A stretch of DNA of 64,000 nucleotides from an uncultured delta proteobacterium. Lineage in GTDB: Bacteria > Desulfobacterota > Binatia > JACPRU01. The stretch spans positions 992,001 to 1,056,000 of the forward strand of contig CAVUWD010000016.1 of assembly GCA_963745025.1 (NCBI GenBank). Reading direction: 5' to 3'. Positions 19,169 through 28,662 of this stretch are shown here, in pieces. The translations under genes and the position numbers were made by a program. The number at the start of each line of letters is the position of its first letter. Position 1 is the first letter of the stretch. Under the pieces are notes generated by a model. That model was not told the origin of the DNA, did no database searches, and saw only the letters and a list, made by a program, of their open reading frames with translations.

Positions 19169-20059
19169 ATGGACATCGGCAAGCTCGGAGTCTGGTTCTT
19201 CCTCGACAGCATGACTGCCGCCGAGAGCGCCGCGTATGCGCAGAAGGTGGAGCGCCTCGGCTATTCGGCGCTGTGGATCCCCGAAGCCGTCGGCCGCGAG
19301 CCGTTCGCGCACGCCGGCTATCTCCTCTCCAAGACGGAGAAGCTGATCCTCGCCACCGGGATCGCCAACATCTGGGCGCGCGATCCGATGACGATGGCGG
19401 CGGCCGCGCGCACCCTCGCCGAGCTCTCCGGCGGGCGCTTCCTGCTCGGCATCGGCGTGAGCCATGCGCCGCTCGTCGAGCGGTTGCGCGGCCACGACTA
19501 CAAGAAGCCCTACAGCTACATGAAGGACTACCTCGCCAAGATGAAGACGGCGATGTCCGAGCCGATGATGTATCAGTGCGTGAAGCCCAAAGAGGATCCG
19601 CCGATCCTGCTCGCCGCGCTCCACCCGAAGATGCTCGCGCTTTCGGCCAGCGAGGCGCGCGGCACCCACACGTATTTCGTTCCGCCCGAGCACACAGCGA
19701 AGGCCCGCGCGGCGATCGGCAAGGAGGCGTGGATCTGCGCCGCGCAAGCGGTCGTCCTCGAGACCGATGCCGCGAAAGCCCGCACCGCGGCACGCGCGTA
19801 CATGAAGACCTACGTGCCCCGGTTGCCGAACTACACCAACAACCTGAAGGCGCTCGGCTGGAAGGACGAAGAGTTCAAGGATGGCTGCAGCGACCGCCTG
19901 GTCGACGCGATCGTGGCGTGGGGGACCGTGGAGCAGATTCGCAGCCGCATCGCCGCGCACCACCAGGCCGGCGCGACGCACGTCTGCATCCTGCCGCTGC
20001 GCGCCGACGGCAAGCCGCTTCCGGACGAGCGAGCGACCGAGGCGCTCGCGCCGCGCTAG
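19169..20059 (+). CDS. LLM-class oxidoreductase, probably F420-dependent (TIGR03620-like)
   Basis: ATGIANIWAR, GRFLLGIGVSHAPLV, LAALHPKML. Confidence 0.88.
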   Translation: MDIGKLGVWFFLDSMTAAESAAYAQKVERLGYSALWIPEAVGREPFAHAGYLLSKTEKLILATGIANIWARDPMTMAAAARTLAELSGGRFLLGIGVSHAPLVERLRGHDYKKPYSYMKDYLAKMKTAMSEPMMYQCVKPKEDPPILLAALHPKMLALSASEARGTHTYFVPPEHTAKARAAIGKEAWICAAQAVVLETDAAKARTAARAYMKTYVPRLPNYTNNLKALGWKDEEFKDGCSDRLVDAIVAWGTVEQIRSRIAAHHQAGATHVCILPLRADGKPLPDERATEALAPR

Positions 20060-20069
20060 GACCGGGATT

Positions 20070-20462
20070 ATGTTGCGGGAGATCTCGATCGCGGCGATTG
20101 CCGCCACCTTCCTGGGCGTCGTCGTTGCGGGCTGCCAGAGCTCGAACGAAGGCGTCGGCGGCGATAAGGGGGCGCCCGACAAGGCGCATGGACAGCAGAT
20201 CTTCACAGTCCTCTGCGCCACCTGCCATGGCATCGATGGAAGCGGCATCAAGGGCCTCGGCAAGAGTTTCGTCACTAGCGAGTACGTGAGAAAGGCGTCG
20301 GACGACCAGCTCGTCGACCTGTTGATCAAGGGCCGCGACGCGAAGGACCCGCTCAACAGCACGGGCGTCCTCATGCCACCGAAGGGCGGCAATCCTTCGC
20401 TCACCGAGAAGGACCTGCGCGACGTCGTCGCCTATGTGCGCACGCTGAACCACCCCGGTTGA
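20070..20462 (+). CDS. Monoheme cytochrome c lipoprotein
   Basis: Lipobox VAGC; CATCH; axial Met in MPPKGG. Confidence 0.88.
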   Translation: MLREISIAAIAATFLGVVVAGCQSSNEGVGGDKGAPDKAHGQQIFTVLCATCHGIDGSGIKGLGKSFVTSEYVRKASDDQLVDLLIKGRDAKDPLNSTGVLMPPKGGNPSLTEKDLRDVVAYVRTLNHPG

Positions 20463-20562
20463 CATGCGCCCGGTGCCGGAGCATCGCGGAATGAATCGTG
20501 CCGTTCGGCGATCAGTCGTCGCCGGCCAAACAACCGATCCTCGGGAACGAAGGAGGGCTACC

Positions 20563-21687
20563 GTGCAAATCGCCCCTGTCTCCCGCCGTAGGTCCGGAAC
20601 TCTTCTGAGACTTTCGATGCTGGTCGTATTGATCGGCGCACTCCGGCCTCTTCCAGCCGCTGCAGCCGGCAAACCGCGGCCGGTGCCGGTCGAGACCCGC
20701 AACCTCTACCTGGGGGCTGACCTGACCCCCGCGATCGAAGCAGGAACCCTCGAGGAGCTCGTCCTCGCGGCGAGCACGATCTGGCAGCAGGTCGTGGCCA
20801 CCGACTTCCCCGCCCGGGCGCAATTGCTCGCGGCCGAGATCGACGACGCGTCCCCGCTCCTCGTAGGTTTGCAGGAAGTCGCCCTTTGGCGCACGGGAGC
20901 CCCCGATGGGCCGCCAGTTTTCGGCGGCACTCCGGCGACCGACGTCGCCTACGACTTTCTCACGCTCCTCCTCGACGCGCTCGCCGCGCGTGGCATCACC
21001 TACGATGCCGTCGTCGTCCAGCAGGAGGCCGACCTCGAAGCACCCACGATCTTGGGCTTCGACATCCGGCTGACCCAACGCGACGTCATCCTCGCCAAAG
21101 CGGTCGGACGCGGCGCGCTCACAGTCGAGAACCCTCAATCCGCCAACTTCACGGCCAACCTGACGCTGCCGATCTTAGGAGGCCCGGCGACCATTACGAG
21201 CACGCGCGGCTGGACCTCGATCGACGTGACGGCCAAGAGCCGCCAGTTCCGTTTCGTGAACACCCACCTCGAGGCGTTCTCGAACTTCTACCGGAGCGCG
21301 CAGGCCTTGGAGCTCCTCGCCGGGCCGCTGGCGACGACCAGCCTGCCGGTCGTCCTGGTGGGGGATCTCAATTCGGCGCCCGACGACCCTGTCTCCGACG
21401 AGGGAAGCCCCCTCGACAACACGAACCCGTACGACATCCTGACCAGCAGCGGGTTCGTGGACACCTGGGCGCTGGTGCACCCGCAGGACCCCGGCGTCAC
21501 CTGCTGCAACGAGCCCGACCTGCTGAACCCCATACCGACGCTCTTCCAGCGGATCGACCATGTGCTGCTGCGCGCCGGCGGGACGGCCTATCGCTCGAAC
21601 GTCATCGGCGTCGATCCGGCGAACCGTACCGCCAACGGCCTGTGGCCTTCCGACCACGCGGGTGTGACCGCGGCGCTGGCACCGTGA
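20563..21687 (+). CDS. Secreted endonuclease/exonuclease/phosphatase (EEP) family protein
   Basis: AAGGAGG RBS; GLQEV, NTHL, GDLNS, RIDHV, SDH. Confidence 0.9.
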   Translation: MQIAPVSRRRSGTLLRLSMLVVLIGALRPLPAAAAGKPRPVPVETRNLYLGADLTPAIEAGTLEELVLAASTIWQQVVATDFPARAQLLAAEIDDASPLLVGLQEVALWRTGAPDGPPVFGGTPATDVAYDFLTLLLDALAARGITYDAVVVQQEADLEAPTILGFDIRLTQRDVILAKAVGRGALTVENPQSANFTANLTLPILGGPATITSTRGWTSIDVTAKSRQFRFVNTHLEAFSNFYRSAQALELLAGPLATTSLPVVLVGDLNSAPDDPVSDEGSPLDNTNPYDILTSSGFVDTWALVHPQDPGVTCCNEPDLLNPIPTLFQRIDHVLLRAGGTAYRSNVIGVDPANRTANGLWPSDHAGVTAALAP

Positions 21688-21770
21688 CGGAGGGCGCGCG
21701 GCGCAGTTCAAGTCGTATTGCGCGCGCGCAAACGTCACATCGCAGTCCTTGAAGGATCCGAGCCCGCGCC

Positions 21771-21910
21771 AGGTGCCCGGGACTCGCGCGCTTGAGGCTC
21801 ACGACCCGATTGGTGCCGACGAGCCCGTTCACTCCGGGCACGAGCGCGTCGCGATCGCTCGCTCGGGCTCTAGTCCGTTACTCCGTCGTAAGCGGGCTTC
21901 ACCACCCACC
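21771..21910 (-). ncRNA. Putative structured non-coding segment resembling an IS110-family non-coding end
   Basis: GTGCCCGG/CCGGGCAC stem enclosing an internal loop and GCTC/GAGC inner stem; CGAGCG/CGCTCG hairpin; family resemblance is from memory only. Confidence 0.35.
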
Positions 21911-21985
21911 CGCCACTCGCCCTTCCGCACCTACCCTCCCCGGTGTAAGACCGACTATGTCGCCATTGGAACGGCTCCATACAAA

Positions 21986-23143
21986 TCAGCGCGAACCCGA
22001 GCCGTAGAGGAAGTACAACCCCGTCGGATCGATCTCCGCCGTGATCCCGGTTCGGATCCAGTTGTCAGCGACGAGCGTCCCGCCTGCGGGCGCGTGCGCC
22101 GATTTAATGCCGAGCTCTGCGGATTCGACGGCATCCCAGCCGATGTTCAGCGGCTCGCCGTTCGCGGGATTCAGCGGGCGCGTGTCCACGTTCGGCAGCG
22201 GAATGCCGACCGCGTCGTCGAGAAACCAGGTCGGATGGCTGGCGATCACGGGTCCGAGGTCGTTCCGGCCGAGCACCGTGAGGACCGGCGTGCCGAGTCG
22301 CCGCGCCAAGCGCCGACGTCCAGAAACGCTGAACGGCCCTTCGACGCCGACCAGCGCGCCGGCGCCGATGCGCAAGCGGGGAATGCGGGGTGGCGCGTCG
22401 ACGAACCGCTGCATCGCGCCCGCCCAGCTCGTGACGAGATAGTCGACACGCTCCGGCGGGTTCGCGAGCCCCGTCCCCCACCCTGCCCACACGGTGCCGC
22501 CGCGTTGCCAAGCGCCGAGCAGCATCGCCAGCGACAGCCAATCGGTCGGTGGATCGAGCAGAAGAATTTGGGTCTCTGCGTCGATCATGAAGAAGCTGCC
22601 GACCGCGATCGCCTTGGCGGCGAGCGTCTTGTGATTGTGCAGGATCTCGCCGCTGCGATCGGGCTTGGCGAACGCGACCAATGGCTTCTTGAAGTCCGGC
22701 CGCTCGCTCTTCTCGCTTCCCGGCTCGGCGAGGAGCGCTGCGAATTCGACCGCCTTCTCGCCCGACCGACCGAGGGCGAGGTCTGCGCCGAAGCGCCCGA
22801 GCGTGCTCTCCGGGATCTCTCCCGCGCTCGCGTAGGCCAGCATCTCGGTCTCGAAACAGGCAAAGAGCGCGGTCACGAGCTCGAGCGGCTCGGCGAGCGC
22901 GATCGCCACGCGCGAGCCCTTCTGCAATCGGCCGCGCAGCGACGCCGCGAGCTTCTTCACGCTCTCGGAAATCTGCGCATAGGAGACGGCTCCCGAGCTG
23001 GTGACGAGCGCGGCATTCTCGGGGGCGGTCGCCGCCGACGCGTGCAGCGTGATTTCCCCGACCCGCTTCAGCGGCACGTGCGCGTAGCGGGCCGTGTCTT
23101 CGGGCCAGTATGCCGCCAGCTGTCCGAGCGCGCCCTTCCCCAT
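21986..23143 (-). CDS. Degenerate AMP-binding (ANL superfamily) protein lacking the C-terminal domain
   Basis: AVGIPLPNVD and WIRTG...IDPTGLYF recognisable; the P-loop is replaced by AKPDRSGEILHNH. Confidence 0.7.
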   Translation of the reverse strand: MGKGALGQLAAYWPEDTARYAHVPLKRVGEITLHASAATAPENAALVTSSGAVSYAQISESVKKLAASLRGRLQKGSRVAIALAEPLELVTALFACFETEMLAYASAGEIPESTLGRFGADLALGRSGEKAVEFAALLAEPGSEKSERPDFKKPLVAFAKPDRSGEILHNHKTLAAKAIAVGSFFMIDAETQILLLDPPTDWLSLAMLLGAWQRGGTVWAGWGTGLANPPERVDYLVTSWAGAMQRFVDAPPRIPRLRIGAGALVGVEGPFSVSGRRRLARRLGTPVLTVLGRNDLGPVIASHPTWFLDDAVGIPLPNVDTRPLNPANGEPLNIGWDAVESAELGIKSAHAPAGGTLVADNWIRTGITAEIDPTGLYFLYGSGSR

Positions 23144-23152
23144 CGCCGACTC

Positions 23153-23252
23153 TCAGCCGAGCCTCGCGGCGGCAACCGACGCGCGCAAGGGTGATGGTAC
23201 CTCGTATCTCATATCTTCGTGCGCAAGCGTAAAATTCTGCCCGAGTAGATCA
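23153..23252 (-). repeat. Post-stop-codon ~95 bp element, copy 2
   Basis: GGGCAG...ACGAAGATATGAGATACGAGG-N20-TCGGTTGC; flanked by direct repeat TCGGCTGA. Confidence 0.75.
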
Positions 23253-24578
23253 GCCGATTTGGGTCTCCGACAGCACCGGCGCGACACCTTTGAACTGGAG
23301 CAGCAGGTCGCGCACCCAGACCACCTCGACCGCCGCGCCGAAGCGAGCCTGCAAGTGGCCGCGGAGCCTCGCCGCGAGATCGCGAGCGTCGCGCTCGGGC
23401 TCCGCCATCAACAGCCGAAGCCGTCCCGCGTTCAGTCCCTCCCTTGAGATCACGAATGGCATACCCACCGTCTCCGGCACTCCATCTTCGAGGGCGAGCT
23501 GGACGTCGTACGCGAGAAGCGCCTCTCCTCCGAGCCGAAAGCTATGCTCCCAGCGGCCGAGGATCTTAATTCTCGGCGAGGGAAGGCCGCAAGGGCATTC
23601 CGAATCGTCGATCGTGACGACGTCCTCGCTGTCGTAGCGGAGATAGACCGAGCCCTCGGGAATCAAGAAGCAGTGCACCATCGATCCGCGCTCCCGCGGC
23701 CGAACCCTCTGCCGCGTCCGCGGATCGAGGGCTTCGATGTAGCAGGTGTCGGGCGCCACGTGGAGCCCGCGCTTCTCTGCGCACGACGTCGCCAGCACGC
23801 CTTCGGTGACGCCCGCCACTTCGGAGATGCGCCCCACCCCGGTCACCTCCTTCAGGTGACGCTCCATGCCCGGAGTGATCGGTGCGCCGGTGACGAGCAG
23901 GACTTCGACCCGGTCGAAGAGGGCTCTCGGCTCGATGCCCGAGCGGCGCGCCGCGGTGAGAATGGAAAACACCATCGGCAGGAACATCGTGACGTAGCGC
24001 GGACGGAAGCGGCGCAGCGCATCGACGATGCGGTCGGCGTAGCGTGGCAGGTAGGTTCCCGAAACGACCACGCACGGCGCCTCGAAGAACTCCGCGAGAT
24101 ACGGCTGGATGGCGGCATAGCTGTGCCACGCCGGGGCAGAGATCACGAACGGTGATCCCGGGCGAAAGCCCGCCCACCAATGCGCCCGAGCGGACGACTT
24201 GCCCTGCACGCGTCGCCATCGCCGGTTGACGGTGAGAAATGTCGTGCCGATGGTTCCCGAGCTGACCGTGAACGTCTCGCCGACGCTGCGATCGATCCGT
24301 CTCTCGATGCCGAGCCGATGGCACTTCCGCTCCGTCTGCCAGGCGAGCATGTCCTGCTTGCGAAACGTCGGCAGCTGATCGAGATCGTCGAGGCTCCGGA
24401 AACGTTGCACGTCGAATCCCGCGGCAGCGAACTTCTCGGCGTAGAACGGGAGCTCGGCGACGGCGATTTCGAGAACGCGCCGGACACGGCCCGTCCACCA
24501 GCGCCGTAGCGCCGCGCTCGACAGCGTGTCGAGCCGATCGAAGGGCTCCGCGACGCGCGCGCGCGGCGTCATGCCCAT
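23250..24578 (-). CDS. Phenylacetate-CoA ligase/F390 synthetase-like (PaaK family) protein
   Basis: PFYAEKF, LPTFRKQD, SSGTIG, LRYDSED, CPCG, ILGR; alternative start at 24632. Confidence 0.85.
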   Translation of the reverse strand: MGMTPRARVAEPFDRLDTLSSAALRRWWTGRVRRVLEIAVAELPFYAEKFAAAGFDVQRFRSLDDLDQLPTFRKQDMLAWQTERKCHRLGIERRIDRSVGETFTVSSGTIGTTFLTVNRRWRRVQGKSSARAHWWAGFRPGSPFVISAPAWHSYAAIQPYLAEFFEAPCVVVSGTYLPRYADRIVDALRRFRPRYVTMFLPMVFSILTAARRSGIEPRALFDRVEVLLVTGAPITPGMERHLKEVTGVGRISEVAGVTEGVLATSCAEKRGLHVAPDTCYIEALDPRTRQRVRPRERGSMVHCFLIPEGSVYLRYDSEDVVTIDDSECPCGLPSPRIKILGRWEHSFRLGGEALLAYDVQLALEDGVPETVGMPFVISREGLNAGRLRLLMAEPERDARDLAARLRGHLQARFGAAVEVVWVRDLLLQFKGVAPVLSETQIG

Positions 24579-24585
24579 CCGATCG

Positions 24586-24708
24586 CCCGTTTCCGTCGCT
24601 CCCGTTGGTCGCGACCCGCTCGGGTCCACCATCCTACCAAGCGAGCACCCGTTTCCGTCGCTCCCGCTGGTCGCGACCCGCTCCGGTCCACCATCTTACC
24701 AAGCGAGC
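24586..24708. repeat. Two-copy tandem repeat, period 62
   Basis: 24586-24646 versus 24648-24708, 3 mismatches. Confidence 0.9.
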
Positions 24709-25541
24709 CTCGCCGCCTTCGGCTCGAGTGGACAGCCGGCGGGAAGAACGTCGCCGCGGCCGAGGCGGTAGCGGATCGCCGGGCACCCCCCGACGAACGG
24801 CGCGCTCAATACGATCTCCCTCTCCCCGAGCGACTCCGCCCGGTAGCTCCGATCGAGATGGAATTGACCGCATTCGGGACAATCCCCCGCAACGAAAAAC
24901 GCCGCGTCGGCGCGCAGCAGCCTCCGCACCGGCACACCGAGCACGTCGGCGAGCCGGTCGGCGTCCTTGGTGGCAGCCGCGCCCTCGACCTCGGACACCG
25001 CCGCCCAGCGTAAGCTCTTCGCACCCCGCTGCCCGTGCGTTGCCAGCGCTTCGGCGAGCGGCGCGACGAGGTCTCGGCGCATGACCAACCCCACGGGACG
25101 CACGTTCTCGAGAATCACCAGCATCCGCGCCGTCATGCTCGCCACACCGTCGTTGCAGATGGTGTGCGCGCCGAGGCGCGTGGCCGCGCCCCGCCGCAGA
25201 TGCGAGACGTAGATCGACGAGGAGAGCAGCACGCACGGATTCGAGCCGTAGTCGAAGAAGGCGATCGTCTCGTCGGCACCGAGCCCAAACCGGCGCCAGA
25301 GGCGCGACACCACGCCGGCCCAGGCGTCGAGCTCGGCGGGGCCGAGCGCCGCCCAGACCGGCGGCTCGCTCGTCGCCTCGATCTGCAGAGCGACGGCGGG
25401 CCGTGAGCCCTCGCGCACGCGGCCAGCGAAAGGGTCGTCGTGCTCGGCGGCGTAGTCCTCGAGATCGTCGAGCGACCAGGGCTCGGGAACGCCGCGCGCG
25501 TCGAGGCGGGATCGGTAGAACGGAAATTCGCGCAGGTCCAA
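24696..25541 (-). CDS. Short degenerate PaaK-like protein
   Basis: PFYRSRL, AGDCPEC, AIRYRLG, CP; no SSGTTG motif and no C-terminal domain. Confidence 0.7.
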   Translation of the reverse strand: MDLREFPFYRSRLDARGVPEPWSLDDLEDYAAEHDDPFAGRVREGSRPAVALQIEATSEPPVWAALGPAELDAWAGVVSRLWRRFGLGADETIAFFDYGSNPCVLLSSSIYVSHLRRGAATRLGAHTICNDGVASMTARMLVILENVRPVGLVMRRDLVAPLAEALATHGQRGAKSLRWAAVSEVEGAAATKDADRLADVLGVPVRRLLRADAAFFVAGDCPECGQFHLDRSYRAESLGEREIVLSAPFVGGCPAIRYRLGRGDVLPAGCPLEPKAARLAW

Positions 25542-25547
25542 GAGGCA

Positions 25548-25614
25548 GGCTACCGGCTACGGGCTAGAGGCTACAGGCAACGAGCGCTTTGTTCTTTGCC
25601 TGTAGCCCGTAGCC
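25548..25614. repeat. Heptamer-arm hairpin element, copy 3
   Basis: GGCTACC GGCTACG GGCTAGA GGCTACA GGCAA...TTGCC TGTAGCC CGTAGCC. Confidence 0.85.
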
Positions 25615-25619
25615 ATCTT

Positions 25620-26138
25620 CTAGAATTTCGCCATCGCTCCGCCGAGAGCGGCCAGCACCGCGGCGACTACATTCAGATAATAGAAGCGATCCTGCCACAG
25701 CGTGACCCACTCTTGCGCAGCGCGCTTTTTTTCCAGGTCGCGCAGGCCCGCCGAATAGGGGAGCTTCTGGGTGAGAATCGCCTGGTACCAGTACCCCGAC
25801 AGCGTTCCGGTGATCAGCAGGACGAACCACGCCAGCGCCATGAGCACGATCCAGCGACCGTACGGACCGGTGACGAAGTCGCGGGTGAAGAAGCTCGACA
25901 GCTGGCCCATCACCCACAGCCGACTGAACCCGGTGATCCCGAGCAGGGCAATCGCCGTCGTGCCGACGATCATCAGCCCCGCGCCGATCTTCTGGCTCAC
26001 GACGGTCGAGTGAGCAGGGGGAATTCGCTTGAGCGCGGGATTCAGTATCGCCGTGTTGAAGACGATCGACCCGACGAGCATGATCGCCGAGTAGATGTGC
26101 ACCACCCGCAGGAACTGGAGCCAGAAGACGGTAGACAC
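25620..26138 (-). CDS. Four-TM membrane protein (CopD/DUF2269-like)
   Basis: Four hydrophobic segments; N-terminal LRVVHI with His. Confidence 0.7.
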   Translation of the reverse strand: MSTVFWLQFLRVVHIYSAIMLVGSIVFNTAILNPALKRIPPAHSTVVSQKIGAGLMIVGTTAIALLGITGFSRLWVMGQLSSFFTRDFVTGPYGRWIVLMALAWFVLLITGTLSGYWYQAILTQKLPYSAGLRDLEKKRAAQEWVTLWQDRFYYLNVVAAVLAALGGAMAKF

Positions 26139-26142
26139 GGGA

Positions 26143-26208
26143 GGCTACGGGCTACGGGCTACGGGAACGGAATCGCGAAGTCTTTCCTGTAACCCGTAGC
26201 CTGTAGCC
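26143..26208. repeat. Heptamer-arm hairpin element, copy 4
   Basis: (GGCTACG)x3 GGAA...ATCGCGAAGTCTTTCC TGTAACC CGTAGCC TGTAGCC. Confidence 0.85.
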
Positions 26209-26211
26209 CTT

Positions 26212-27597
26212 TCAGTCGTGCCAGATCTTCGACCGGTTGCGGATCCGGTCGTTGATGTACCCAACCTTGTAGTACGTGTCGTAGAACTCTTCGTCGATGT
26301 TGTGGATGACGGCGCCAAAATGCGCCTGCATCGGATTGTAAGTCACCGGCCATTGCCCAAAGGTCTTCACGCAGTATTCGATGTAAGCAGTCAGCGCGTC
26401 CTTGACCCATGGCTGGGGCCGGGTGCGCGGGTCCTTGAGAATCGCGTCGCGCGTGGCGTCCTTCCAGGGCGAGCCGACCGCGCGAAGATATCCGGTCGGG
26501 GAGTCGTTCATCACGCCTTCCTTGCCATACTTTTCCTCGTACCAGAAATTCACCAGCTGTTCAGCGGACTTCCAGCGCGGCGAAGGCACGTAGGTGGCTT
26601 CCTTCACGTCTTTGATGCCGAACACCTTGATCTGCCCGGTCGAGATTGGCGCCTTCGGATTCGGTGCTTCGACGTGGAAGCCGAGCCCTCGACAGATCTC
26701 GGGCATGGCGCCGAAGAGAATCTCGGGATTGAAGCCGCAGTACACCCAGTTGCCGAGGCCCATCGCCTCGGCGGCGAGGCGGATGTTCTGAATCTGCATG
26801 CCCGTCGGGTAGCTCTCGACCTGGAAGATCAGCTGCTCTGAACTGGCGATCGTCGACCCCAGCTCGAGTTTGCCCTCCCCGATCCACTTCTCGATGCCCG
26901 CCGGCCGTCCACCGTTCCACTCGTCGATGAAGTACATGTGCCAGCAGTCCATGAAATTGATGAGCGCCGAGTTCAGATAGCCGGCGTCGGTCAGCGGAAT
27001 GAACCACGTGGTGCCCGGATTGTTCATATTGATTTGATACGGGCCCATCAGCGTCGCGTTGGGGGCGCCTGCCGCGCGCATCACGTGGTCGACGTCGGGG
27101 CGCTCGTCGAGAATCTGCGTCGTGCACTCCTCGTACCAGCGCACGACCTTGTCGTAGTCCTTCTCGCCCTCGATCTCGATCACCTTCTCACGCTTGGTGG
27201 TCGGCTTGTAGATGAAGGCACCGTTGTCGTTGATGATCAGCAGGTCGGTCGCCAGCGTATTGCCAGGATGCGGCGTGGTGCGGCCGGCGATCCAGGTGAG
27301 CTCGTGAAAGCCGCCGTCGAGCGAGATGTCCCACGCGACGAGCCCGTTCGGGCCGCAGGCGGCCCAGGCGATCAGCGCCTCCTCGAGCTTGCTGAGCGGC
27401 TTCGGCTCCTTCTTGGAGACGAACTGCATCGGCCCCTTCTGCTGCTTGACCAGGCGGCCGGTCGCCGGGTGCTTGTAGTCGGTTCCCGAGTCGATGCGGT
27501 AGCCGTGTCCGACGCGCCGGCTGCGGATCGTGGTGAGCAGGTTGAAGAGCGAGGGCGTCTGCTCGAATGCGTGCTTGAGTCGTTCCTTGTCAGTCAT
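26212..27597 (-). CDS. Large SagB/ThcOx-like nitroreductase-fold protein
   Basis: IRSRR, PLSKLEEALIAWAACG, RTTPHPG, QNIRLAAEAMGLG; AGGAGG RBS. Confidence 0.7.
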   Translation of the reverse strand: MTDKERLKHAFEQTPSLFNLLTTIRSRRVGHGYRIDSGTDYKHPATGRLVKQQKGPMQFVSKKEPKPLSKLEEALIAWAACGPNGLVAWDISLDGGFHELTWIAGRTTPHPGNTLATDLLIINDNGAFIYKPTTKREKVIEIEGEKDYDKVVRWYEECTTQILDERPDVDHVMRAAGAPNATLMGPYQINMNNPGTTWFIPLTDAGYLNSALINFMDCWHMYFIDEWNGGRPAGIEKWIGEGKLELGSTIASSEQLIFQVESYPTGMQIQNIRLAAEAMGLGNWVYCGFNPEILFGAMPEICRGLGFHVEAPNPKAPISTGQIKVFGIKDVKEATYVPSPRWKSAEQLVNFWYEEKYGKEGVMNDSPTGYLRAVGSPWKDATRDAILKDPRTRPQPWVKDALTAYIEYCVKTFGQWPVTYNPMQAHFGAVIHNIDEEFYDTYYKVGYINDRIRNRSKIWHD

Positions 27598-27872
27598 CGG
27601 GAATCCTCCTTACGTGGAGTGGTCAGCCTTAGGTGGGGGTAGTCTAGCGCCGGGTTGGGGTAGCTCGCCCGCTACGGCATCCCGCTCCATAGTCAACCGT
27701 CCGCCGCGAAGTCAATGGCATCGGAGCAAGCGTCGCCGCGCGCCGCCGCCTTCAGCTCCATTCTCCCTGCCGCTAGTTCCAAAGATTGCACGTATCCGCG
27801 AGATGCGCGATGGATTCGGTTGCAGCTTTGGACTATCAGGGCCGAATATTCTGACGCCACGAGGAGGAGATC

Positions 27873-28661
27873 ATGGAATTTCAGCAGGTCCTAGGCATCC
27901 GAAGGTCGATCCGTTACTTCGAGCCCGACAAACCCGTCGAACAGGAGAAGATCCAGAAGATTCTCGAGGCGTGCCGCATCGCCTCGTGTGCGGTCAACGC
28001 ACACTGGCTGAAGGCCGTCGTCGTCAAGCGTGCCGACATCTCGCCTGAGGATCTCGAGAAGATGAAGAACCCGGTGCAGGCGAACGTGATCGCGCTCGCG
28101 CCCGTACACATCTATCTATACGGTGATCCCGGAGTCGTGAACCGTTACAAGGGCGCGCGCCTGAAGCAGCTGTTCGATTACGGCGCCGTGAACCCGACCC
28201 ACGGCTGGAGCCACAAGTTCGTCGACGAAACCGTCTATCCGCAGATCCTGAAGCCGCTCACCGAGATGCCGGTCTATCCGGTCGCGCTCGCGTTCGACTG
28301 CGGAATCTCGGCCTGCCAGGGCTTGTTGATGGCCTTCGAGCTCGGCCTCGGCGCGTGCCTGACGGCCTTCGTCCAAGAGGTGGTGAAGAAGTACACCAAG
28401 GTACCGGACGACTGGATTCCGTTCTACGCCTTGAACGTCGGATATCCGGCCGAGTCGCGCGAGGCTGGCGGGCAGCGCCCGCGGCCACCGTTCGAGGAGC
28501 AGTATTTCCTCAATCACTACGGCAACGCCTTTCCACGCGACCCGAAGGTCGTAAAAGAGCTCGAGGCGTCGAAGCTGTTCACCACACCGGCCCGACCGGA
28601 CAACGCCGAGCGGCGCAAAGAGGTCCGCGAGTTGGCGCGGCGCCTCAATCTGCCGATGTAA
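27873..28661 (+). CDS. Nitroreductase family protein
   Basis: RRSIRYF, LMAFELGLGAC, VGYPAE; GAGGAG RBS. Confidence 0.88.
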   Translation: MEFQQVLGIRRSIRYFEPDKPVEQEKIQKILEACRIASCAVNAHWLKAVVVKRADISPEDLEKMKNPVQANVIALAPVHIYLYGDPGVVNRYKGARLKQLFDYGAVNPTHGWSHKFVDETVYPQILKPLTEMPVYPVALAFDCGISACQGLLMAFELGLGACLTAFVQEVVKKYTKVPDDWIPFYALNVGYPAESREAGGQRPRPPFEEQYFLNHYGNAFPRDPKVVKELEASKLFTTPARPDNAERRKEVRELARRLNLPM

Positions 28662-28662
28662 T

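Noticed and set aside
18239-20404. 721-aa SDR called by the ORF track
   Set aside because: The N-terminal extension is antisense to the LLM and cytochrome c genes; the real start is 19030
26212-27597. Azole-RiPP (TOMM) cluster suggested by the SagB-like gene
   Set aside because: No YcaO, E1-like protein or Cys/Ser/Thr-rich precursor nearby
27779-27823. CAAAGA...TCGGTTGC as another copy of the post-stop element
   Set aside because: Out of register and lacks GATACGAGG
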